DNA of 63,910 bases, filler included, from Fonticula-like sp. SCN 57-25 (taxonomy: Eukaryota), in assembly GCA_001724245.1 (NCBI GenBank). It is 11 parts of 11 records of this genome, joined end to end, with 100 filler letters (N's around TTAATTAATTAA, not from the genome) between each part and the next. Parts side by side here need not be neighbours in the genome. Positions count along the whole stretch, not along the records: positions 45,857 to 51,435 come from MEDX01000548.1; positions 51,536 to 57,112 come from MEDX01000549.1; positions 57,213 to 63,910 come from MEDX01000550.1; 8 more parts are not named here. One strand, written 5' to 3'. A program made the translations under genes and the position numbers. The first letter of the stretch is position 1. Each line of letters opens with the position of its first letter. The notes beneath the pieces are model-generated. The model was not told where the DNA came from, did no database searches, and saw only the letters and a program-made list of their open reading frames with translations. This document shows positions 49,355-59,083 of the stretch, piece by piece.

Positions 49355-51435
49355 CTACTGGGTCAGCTCCATAAGGCGGGCGTTTGCCGCGGCAGCCAGA
49401 GGACGGCGCGCAGAGTCCAGCGCGACGCATTCCTCGACAATGGAGGCAATTGCAATCGAGAACGTGTCGTTGTCATCAATGATCACCTGCAGACCCTTGC
49501 CAGACTCAACCGCCGACACGACCGCGCTGTCCGGCATGGAACCCCACGGCGCACTGCCGGAGAGAATCTCGAGCATGACGACACCAAGCGAGTACATATC
49601 CGACGCCTGATCGGCATCGATGGTCGGCGCTTCGCAGTTGCCGCCCGAAAGACGCGCAAGCACCTCGGGCGCAGCATAACGAACGTTCAGGTTGGCCTCC
49701 TGCACATAGAGCGAGTACCTAGAGATGAATCAATTGAGACAGACAATTCAACAGTAAATAATTAACGTACTCGCTGCGCGCCTGCGAAAAGTGGCCGAGC
49801 TGGACGACCGGAGGCGACGAATCGGATGAAGGAACAACATAGATGCTTGCAGACTGGATGTTGCGGTGCGCGACGCCGAGCGTGTGCGTTGCGTTGACAG
49901 CCTGCGCAATATCGCAGCAGAGACGAAGAATGCCTGCGATCGGCATCGGGCGAGGGGCCTCGGCAAGGAAGCGCGGCAGATCCCACGGATACTCACGCAC
50001 AATGATCGTCCGCGGCTCGTCCGTGTACCCGATCAGGCCAACGATGTTGGGGTGGAACGACAGCGACCACAGGATGGACACCTCAAAGTGGAACAGCTCA
50101 TCGTTCTCCTTGGTCGTACGCTCGGGGCGGTCGATGTAGTCGATGACAAAGACCGACCGGCTGCCCGCGCGCTGCTCGAGACGGTCGTCCAGAATCGATG
50201 CGTGGTACATGGTCGCAGTCGTTGACGCCTGTCATAATGTCAGAACACAATGAGCAACAACTCAATGGCGCACATCAACGCGCTCGCCGGGCTGAATCGT
50301 CGTCGAGTAGTCCACCAAGAGGAAACCAGGAAGCGAAATCTCGGCGACCGTGTTCACCACAGTCTTGTCAGCAAACGAAAGATGGGTCGTGCTCTCGGCG
50401 TGGCGCATGCTGCCGCGCGAGCGAGCGAGCGTCTCGCGATACGAGCTCAGCGCCATCTAAACCGCATCCATCAGTATATCCCATATCAACCAACAAACGC
50501 ACCAAGCCGCCGGCACCGCCAAACTCCTCGAGCTTCTCGTTGGTCGCCCTCTGACGGCGACGGATAACCACAACCACAACCACAATGATCACAATGAGAA
50601 CAACAACAGCCGACGCGCTCGCAGCCGCAATGATGGTACCGTTCGTGCCGAGACTTGGGTCAGCTACGACGTTGTCGGTCGTCGACAGCGTGGTCAAGAT
50701 CATACGAGTGCCGACCTGCTCTTCGCCGTCCTCGTTGCCAGCCAGAATGAGCACCTCGTACGCGCGACCAGGCTCAAGATCGCCAATCACCGCTGACGTG
50801 GTCTCAGCTACAAGCACACATGCTGTCAGCAAACCACAACGCAGAAGGGGCAAATTGCCGTACTTGTGTTGATGCGCGAGTGCAGCGTAAAGTTGTCGGC
50901 AACCGCGCGCGATGCAACAACCTCGCGGTAGTACAGCAAGTAGTAAGTCGCGTGCGGTGAAGCAGTCCAGCTCAGCGACAGCGAATCCGTAGACGGCTCG
51001 TCGAGTCGAAGGCCAGAAGCAGCTACAAACCAGCGTCAGATAGAGCTGGTCAACAGCAATGCGCGTACGCGTAATATAGGTGCCCACGGTGATCACGGCG
51101 CCTCCCTCGGTGTTGTACCCATTCTCATCGCCCGACGTGACGCGGAACCGGTAGCTCGTTTTCGGGAACAGGTTCTTCACCTCGATCGTCCGCTCAGTAA
51201 AATCAATAGCCGCTGTAGATAAACGTTAGCACAGTATGGTACAAGCTACTCAGGCGCACTGTTCAAGTTGGCAACAACAAATGAGCTTGTTCCCAGGGCC
51301 ACTTCGGCCATAAAGGTGACGTTGCCCGTCGAGTTTAGCACGTTCCACGCAAGCACAACAGACGTCGACGTCTTGCTCGTCCACGTCAGGTTGGCAATGT
51401 TGTCGTTGCTCTCCACCGGGATCAGCTCGCACACG
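49355..51435 (-). CDS. Single-pass receptor: FN3 repeats + TM + kinase-fold domain with degenerate catalytic motifs; 5' truncated
   Basis: FN3: KTSTSVVLAW, NLFPKTSYRFRVTS, DLEPGRAYEVLILA; TM VVVLIVIIVVVVVVI-RRRQR; kinase FHFEVSILWSLSFHPNIVGLIGY, HRNIQSASI, RYAAPEVL, SDMYSLGVVMLEI. Confidence 0.8.
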
Positions 51436-51535
51436 NNNNNNNNNNNNNNNNNNNNNNNNNNNNNNNNNNNNNNNNNNNNTTAATTAATTAANNNNNNNNN
51501 NNNNNNNNNNNNNNNNNNNNNNNNNNNNNNNNNNN

Positions 51536-52743
51536 CAACATTGGAGAAATTGATTGAACGTTTGACAGCTGTCAAGGATCAAGTTGGCAAGTATTTACAA
51601 ATATTCTTTATTACATATCGATCGTTCTGTTCACCCGCGGAATTAATGTCCAAACTTGCAATGCGATTCATGAAGATGAAGCAAGTGAGTGATGCATCCA
51701 AAGACTCTATTGACACGGCTGCCACACTTCGTTTGCTCAATGCAATCAAGCATTGGATCAACGAACATTTTTATGATTTTGACAACGCACTTGTGGTAAC
51801 AATGGTTCATTTCATTAGCAAGTTTGTATCAATCGATTATTACAAGGCTGCTATACCTCTGAAGAAGCGTATTGAGCAAGCACTTGTCAATGGGATCACG
51901 GCAGCATCACAAAGCAACGTTGTCTCTTACGATCTCGATAAGGCACCGCAGCCAGAAGTTCCTCTGGATCGCAAGCCCATCCAAAGCCTGGATGAATTTA
52001 TTGCCTGTCCTCCACAAGAAATTGCACGACAAATCTCACTTATTGATCATCAGATTTTCAAGCAAATTACGCCAAAAGAATGCTTCAAATGCGCCTGGAG
52101 CAAAGCAGATAAGGAGAAGAACTCGCCTAATATTGTGGCACTGAGTAATCGTTTCAATAGCGTTAGCAGTTGGGTTGCAACCATGATTGTGCAGCAAGAG
52201 AATCCGAAGAAGAGAGCGAACATGCTGAAACTTTGGATCCAAATCGCAGAACATTGCCGTGTACTTAACAACTTTAACACCATGAACAGCATTATTGCAG
52301 GCCTCAATCTTTCTGCGGTGCACAGATTGGAGAAGACCTGGAGAGAGTTGCACAAGAAGTATAAGGCAATGTTTGACAATATGGGCGAGCTGACCTCCAC
52401 TTCTGGTTCCTACAAGAATATGAGAGAGGCCATGGCAAAGACAGCACCTCCAGTGGTCCCATATATTGGCATTAACTTGACAGATCTCACCTTTTTGGAG
52501 GATGGTAACCCTGATTACATAAAAGTGATGAAGGACAACGAGGAAATCAAGCTGATCAATTTTGCAAAACGTCGAAAGATTGCAGGTGTTATCATGATGA
52601 ATATCAGAATTTACCAGACCAATATTTACAATTACCGTGTTGTTCCTGCCTTGCGTGACTATCTCACCAGAATGGATAATGTCATGGAGGAGAAGGAAAT
52701 GTACAATCAATCGTTGAAGATTGAACCGAGGGAACAATCATAA
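51536..52743 (+). CDS. RasGEF (REM + CDC25 catalytic domain); 5' truncated
   Basis: LEKLIERLT, FFITYRSF, EIARQISLID, RFNSVSSWV, LNNFNT, PPVVPYIGINLTDLTFLEDGNPD, INFAKRRK. Confidence 0.95.
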
Positions 52744-52965
52744 AAGATGAGTTAGTTTCTCAGATGGCACATGAGCCATTTTTCTTCTTTCTCTCTCCCG
52801 TTGTTGCTATTTGCTATTCGTGCGCCTTTCCATTATTTCTCAAGCACTTTCTCATTATTATTTCTCAAGCTCACTTTCTAATTATTAGTATTGTTTCTCA
52901 CTTTCCCATTATTATTCCTCAAGCACTTTCCCATTATTGTTGTTTGTCAAGAACCATTCCTATTG

Positions 52966-54573
52966 TTACTCTAACACTCCATCATCTGAGCTACTACAAC
53001 CATTCCTCCCAATACAGAGAATCTGAACATCGAAGAAAGTGGTCGTAGCAGCAGTTCTACTGACGGTCATAGAGGAGTGATACCGGAGGAAGAAGGATGG
53101 CTGTACAATACGTAGCTTGCAAAGGATTGGCAGCTGCTCCAAGCGCTGCAACTGCACAAACTGCTTCTGTTTGGTTTCCCAAAACTCTAGAGTTGCCTCT
53201 GAGGGCAACATTGTACGGTGCAGATGTTTCGCCAACGATGCACGAAAGAGTTCCAGGCGCCAGCATGTAATCTCAATCGTGCGACCGAGTAGCTCCACAT
53301 CGACCTTTATGCGCCTCACAGTGGCCAGAAAATCGAGCACACTGCTATGCAGCATGTGTGGGAAGAGTGTAAGGTTCACCTCGCAAAAGTGTGCATTGTG
53401 GTGCAGCATCAATTCCTGCATCAGCTCCAGATGCCCGAGCAGAGCAGCTCTATCCAATGCATTCGAGCCGCTCGGGTAGCTCACAAGGTGCACATTAGCA
53501 CCACGGTCCAGCAGATAGCGCACCACAGAGAGCTGGTTCCCAGCTACAGCAGAGAGCAGCGGGAACTGCTCATTCCTTGGGTTCTCATTGATATCCATTC
53601 CACATTGTTCCACCAAATATTTTACAATCGATAGATGTCCAAGTTTGCAAGCTACACGAAGCACATTTGCTCTCGGTTTCGCACCCGCTTCAATCAGCAG
53701 CTCCACAGCCTCGCAATTGTTCACCTTTACAGCAACATGGAGCGGTGAGAGCAATGTGCCTATTGAGCAGTAATGTTGCTGTAACTGATGTTGTTGTGAC
53801 TGAGATTGTAAATGTGACTGAGATTGTAACTGATGTTGTGACTGTGATTGTGACTGAGATTGTAATTGTGACTGATATTGTAATTGTGGCTGTGATTGTA
53901 ACTGTGACTGAGATTGATATTGTGACTGGGATTGGTGCTGAGTGTGACTATTGTTACTGCATGTGTCCACATGAGCACCCGCTGCAATGAGCACGCGTAA
54001 CACTTGGTTGAAATGCAAGTACACGCTCAACAAGACTGGCGACATGCTGCCCTCCGAATGGGCATTGGTATCCGCACCATGCGCAATCAGAGCGCCCACA
54101 AGACCCACATGCCCACCTGCAACCGCAATTTGCAGCGCTCGTCGCTTTCGAACCAGCTCGTTCGCGCTGAAGAGTTTCTCGGAGAGCAACAGCCGCACCA
54201 GCTGCTCGTTGCCCTCGTGCAGCGCACGTGCGAACACGGTATCGCACTTTCGAGCGGGATTTACGGCGCGCGCATTCGCACCGCCCTCGTGGATGAGCAG
54301 CGCAGCGAGGCGCGCATCGCGCACAAGGAGCAGCGGGAAGTCGCCCTCGCTGCTGCGATGGTTGGCGTCGGCGCCCTGTGAGAGCGCATCGCGAATGAGA
54401 TGTGCAGTGCGCTCGGAGAAGGGTTGTGCGCAATGGAAGAGGAGCGCATCGTTAGCGCTCATTGCACTCCGCTCGCCAATAAAGTGTACGGGCGTTGAGG
54501 TTGTTGTAATTGGTGGTGGTGATTTGGTTTCTCGTCCCTCTGCTTCAAGAAGCATATCGTGATCGCAGGTCAT
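52966..54573 (-). CDS. Ankyrin-repeat protein with an internal Gln/Ser-rich insert
   Basis: ALQIAVAGGHVGLVGALIAHGAD, SPLHVAVKVNNCEAVELLIEAGA, PLLSAVAGNQLSVVRYLLDRGAN. Confidence 0.85.
   Translation of the reverse strand: MTCDHDMLLEAEGRETKSPPPITTTSTPVHFIGERSAMSANDALLFHCAQPFSERTAHLIRDALSQGADANHRSSEGDFPLLLVRDARLAALLIHEGGANARAVNPARKCDTVFARALHEGNEQLVRLLLSEKLFSANELVRKRRALQIAVAGGHVGLVGALIAHGADTNAHSEGSMSPVLLSVYLHFNQVLRVLIAAGAHVDTCSNNSHTQHQSQSQYQSQSQLQSQPQLQYQSQLQSQSQSQSQHQLQSQSHLQSQSQQHQLQQHYCSIGTLLSPLHVAVKVNNCEAVELLIEAGAKPRANVLRVACKLGHLSIVKYLVEQCGMDINENPRNEQFPLLSAVAGNQLSVVRYLLDRGANVHLVSYPSGSNALDRAALLGHLELMQELMLHHNAHFCEVNLTLFPHMLHSSVLDFLATVRRIKVDVELLGRTIEITCWRLELFRASLAKHLHRTMLPSEATLEFWETKQKQFVQLQRLEQLPILCKLRIVQPSFFLRYHSSMTVSRTAATTTFFDVQILCIGRNGCSSSDDGVLE
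53770..53945 (-). repeat. Coding hexamer-period repeat giving a (QS/QL)n tract
   Basis: Degenerate TGTGAC/TGAGAT/TGTAAC units. Confidence 0.8.
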
Positions 54574-55000
54574 TATGGATCAACAAAGTTTATCAACCGT
54601 TTGACTCGGTTGTTAGGTATTCGGTTGATTTGAATCGAAAAAAAACCTTTATTTTTCCCTGCTTGTGAATGGCCATTGCAACTGTTTTCACTTCCAAACA
54701 TCATGAAAATTTGTTGTTCACGAGGATTTTGAACAAAATTGCAACTTATCAAACGGATTCCTGAAACAAACAAATTACATTATCATTCTCTTTATCTTTT
54801 TCGCCCCCAGTTCAACTGTATCAAAGAGCTCCACGCTTCTTTGCTGTGAGAAGAAGGAGACAACTTTTGTTCAAGTAAACCAGTGACTTGAACCTAGTCT
54901 TCCTTTTCGAAATGAACATCGTGGCGAACTGGAAGAAGAGCAAGTATAAATAGCAGAAAAACAGTGCTTCCGTTTCTGCACACACCGTATTGCATCCAGT

Positions 55001-57112
55001 ATGGATTCTGCAGAGCGAGCGATCCGAGAGGAGCTCAAAAGTTGGTCCATTTCCAAGGCCTGGGCCACGGCGTCGTCTCCTCTCGGTAATGGACCTGTAC
55101 CGCAGAGCGAACTTTTTGAACACTTGTTCACCATTCAAAAGCCAGTGCACTTAGCAGTGGACGGTCATGATACCGAGCAGTTATCGCCAAACATACATTT
55201 GCAGCAGGTAGATCCTGAGCAACGGAAGGCTTGCTTCTTAATCGGGAGGCACCAGAAGAGTCGCATGTTTTCGCTCCGTTATCCGCATGGTTACCCAGAG
55301 CACAAGAGTGGACACTTTGAGTTTTCGTGTGACGATAATATTATGCAACTGGAACTGGAACTGCTCCTACACAAGGAGGAACTGACCATTGGAGAAGTGT
55401 TTTCTCACATTTCAGATGCATATTATGCACAACTTGATCGTCCAACGTTGGACGTACCACCGATACTTGCAACCCCTTCTCTACCACTGTCATCTCCATC
55501 ACTTCCATCATCTTCATCACCACCTCCTCCTCCATCTCCATCACTTCCACCACCACCTCCACCAATGGTTGGCCATAATATTGCAAAGAAGAACAAGATT
55601 TGGGCTCCAGTGCAAATTCCTCTACCACCACCTCCTCCTCCACCGGCACCATCACTTGCAAGTTCACGGGTAGTGGCCCGTAAGGAAACAGCAATTTGGA
55701 GAAGAGACGTTTCTGATTTCAATTCCAATGAGAAGACCAAAGCTGTACTCCAGGAGGTACTGGACATATTGGCATCAACGAGTACCACATTCCATGCTCA
55801 ATGTTTGGCTCAAAATGTGTGTTGGTGGCATGTCAGACGCATTGCAAGTGGCCACCCTATGATGGTTGAAGTCCGATTCACAAGGGACTATCCCAGGGAG
55901 ATGCCTTGGGTACGGTTGATCTCTCAGCGTGCGCAGTATCCTGGAAGTAGAGTGTGCATTCATGGAAATATGTACTTGGATAAGAGTGTTTGGAATGGTG
56001 GTGGTGATGGTGGTGATGATGCAGACAATGGAGCCACAACGACAGCACTGGCTATTACAAAATTCATGGATAGCGTGTTTGAATACGTATCAACTAATGT
56101 GAAACTATACCCTGTGGAAGCCAGTGTTGCCCAATCTGATCATGAATTGGCATTCAAAGCAGCTGTAGAGATGCGAAAGAGACCAAATACCCACACAACC
56201 CAGAATAAGTTTGATATGCGAGAAATCAAGGTCTATAGTGTTGAACATGCCAAGACCAACTTTAAAGACTTGAATTTCCTTACTATTGGGAAGGGTGACA
56301 AAATTCTTCTGCCCCCTTCAGCAGCCCAAACTATTTTCAGTAGCCCTCGTTTTAGCTTGCCTCTCATGTTCGAGATCCAGACCAAATATTCCATGCACAT
56401 CTATTGTGGTTTGCAAGAGTTTTCAGCACCCGATAGCACTGCGATAATACCTAATTGGATAATGCAATCATTGCACTTACAAGAGGGTGATACAGTGCGG
56501 ATTCGAAGTGTAAAATTAGAAAAGGGTACACAGTGTAAATTACAGCCACAAAGCAAGGAGTTTTACAAGCTGAAAAACCACAAAGTCATCCTGGAGGAGA
56601 GTTTGCGTTTCTTTACTACATTGACAGAGGGTTCAGCAGTACCAGTTCGCGCAGCAAACAAGATTTATTGGATGAATGTATTGGAAACCAAACCGAAATC
56701 AGCCATTTCCATTGTTGCAGAACCCTATCTCGATCTAAAGACAGAATTTGCTGCTGCATTGGATTTTCAACAAGATGATTCGCAAATATTGGAACAAGAA
56801 TCAGCAACACAAATGCACACGAAACAGCAGAATGACAATGTTCCAGCAATGGCATTGGAAGGACAAATCGTTTGCGAAAATTGTCAACAACCAGTGCAGC
56901 AAGAGCGCTACTGGATACACCTGCCTCATTGTAAAAAATTATTCACATGGTGTGAGCAATGCAAATCCAAAGTTTGCAACAAAGAGATTCACGCACACAA
57001 TATTCAAATCACATGCGAACAATGCCACACTCATAGATGCAAATCATGTGAGATGCGATGCCACATGGATTTCTCATGTACAGAACGAATAATTTACTGT
57101 CAATATTGTGCA
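55001..57112 (+). CDS. Fusion protein: RWD-like + Pro-rich + UBC-like (no catalytic Cys) + UFD1 + Cys/His-rich TRAF-type zinc fingers; 3' truncated
   Basis: LRYPHGYP; VEVRFTRDYPREMPWVRLI...HGNMYLD; GDKILLPPSA, PLMFEI, CGLQEFSA, IPNWIMQSL, LEKGTQCKLQP, LEESLRFFTTLTEG; CENCQ...HLPHC...CEQC. Confidence 0.8.
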
Positions 57113-57350
57113 NNNNNNNNNNNNNNNNNNNNNNNNNNNNNNNNNNNNNNNNNNNNTTAATTAATTAANNNNNNNNNNNNNNNNNNNNNNNNNNNNNNNN
57201 NNNNNNNNNNNNACGGCAGAGGATCGTTGATGTCTCCACACCAAAAGTGGCGCCAAATCACCTCCTGTGCAAATCTTCTAATTTGTAAATTTGTGATTGA
57301 CCAATTAGAGTGGATTGTGTTTGGTTTCGCGCCAAATTTTGTAAGGCAAC

Positions 57351-58146
57351 ATGCGCATCGGCCTCGGGAGCGAGAATGCGGCCAAGCTGCGCTCGGTGCG
57401 CTTGGGCTGCGAGCAGGTGTTTGCGGGTCGCACCGACATTGAAGTTTTGCCTATCAAAGTACGCTTGAATTTGCACATCTTATAATACTAATCATGCCAG
57501 GTCGATTCTGGCGTGAGCGCGCAACCAATGTCGGACGAGGAGACCATGAAGGGCGCCGAGCAGCGCGCGCGCGCCGCTCTCACCGCCGACCCGACACTCG
57601 ACTACGGTACGCGCATTTTAGAGTTGGTGCATTGCTGACGTTGTTTAAAGCCATTGGGATTGAGGGCGGCGTTGAGCAGATCGGCGACAGGTGGGTCGAG
57701 GGCGCATGCATCGTCGTCCTTTCGGCATCGGTACGCCATATTCACATTTACATCATTTTATGTGCATTTTATCTCTTTTTTACCTCTTTTTACTGCATTT
57801 TCCTCCATTTTTCCCCTTATTTCCTTCTTTTTAACCCATTTTTATGCCTTCCAGGGCGAAAAGGGCATCGGCATGAGCGGCCGGTACGAACTCCCCGCCA
57901 AAGTCATCGCGCAGCTGCAGGCCGGCCGCGAGCTCGCCGACGTCGTGGACGAACTCTCTGGCGACCATGACGTGCGCAGCAAGGGCGGCGCAATGGGTAC
58001 GTTTTATTTATACGTGTAAAAACTGCTTTTTAATGTGACTTGTAGGCCTGTTGACCAATGGCGTTCTTCCTCGCGATGTTTGCTATGCTCAGGGCGTCAT
58101 TTTTGCATTTGCGCGTTTCATTTCTCCCGCTCGCCTTTGGAACTAG
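57351..58146 (+). CDS. YjjX-family inosine/xanthosine triphosphatase (DUF84)
   Basis: Spliced product MRIGLGSENAAKL...VDSGVSAQPMSDEETMKGAEQRA...IGIEGG...GRELADVVD...SKGGAMGLLTNG; four GTACG..AG introns. Confidence 0.88.
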
Positions 58147-58364
58147 AAATTGTGCAATAATAAACCAATTATGGTTCTAAATTGGAGTCTATAGTGTTCA
58201 AAAATGTTCAAAAAGTGTTCAAAAATGGACTAAATGTCTGGTAAAATGAACCAAAAATGACTTTTTGTCCAGTTTTTGTCAACTTTCTCAATCAAAAACA
58301 ACCCCAAAACAACCCAAAAATGAACCCAAAAAGACCCTAATAGATACCATATTGTATTGAAATA

Positions 58365-58805
58365 TTACGTGCGAGATAAATAGCTCAACTCTTTTTTTTC
58401 CTGCGCCACAGAAAGACAATAACAAAACCCGATATAAACGCGCATCCACTCCAAATATACCATACTATATATTCGTATATATAAATGTCTGCACGGCATT
58501 AGAGAAAGGCCAGACCACATTCGGCAATAATAAGTAGCAAAAGTAACGCAATTCAAGCACGGCAGTGTCCGTAAATCTATGCATGCATCCAAATAGGGAG
58601 CGAGCGCGCTCTGCTCGTGTAAATTGAATATTGAATATAGGACTTTTGCTGACACACGAAGGCACAGCGTACACATTACTCGTGTTTGGAACAAAGGACG
58701 ACGCAAAAAAAGAAACAGACTGGGAATATCAGACTGGGAATAGTAAAAAGGGCAGAGATAATTGGTCATGCTCAGAAAAACAATAAAGAAAAAAAAGGGG
58801 CACAT
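58365..58805 (-). CDS. Orphan intronless ORF B (146 aa; Cys/Tyr/Phe/Leu-rich)
   Basis: Frame open for 159 codons (58844-58368) in AT-rich DNA; no recognisable family. Confidence 0.35.
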   Translation of the reverse strand: MCPFFFFIVFLSMTNYLCPFYYSQSDIPSLFLFLRRPLFQTRVMCTLCLRVSAKVLYSIFNLHEQSALAPYLDACIDLRTLPCLNCVTFATYYCRMWSGLSLMPCRHLYIRIYSMVYLEWMRVYIGFCYCLSVAQEKKELSYLSRT

Positions 58806-59083
58806 TAATAAATACTCGAAAATACCGAAATAATTGATATACTTCTAATGCACTAGCCAAAAATGGTGTTGTTGGTGTTGTTGCGATGTGAAAAGTACGA
58901 ACGAACGGCCACGTGGATTGTTTTGGGCAAGGGCAGAGGGGCGGAAATGTGGCGGGAAATGTGGCGGGAAAGTGACCAAAAAAGACATGATCTTTAGATC
59001 TCATCTACGCCGGGCGGGGAAGCAAACCAAAAACACCGCGCGCCGCGGCGGCCCCCGCGTCTATCGCCCCTCGCATTCGCCCC

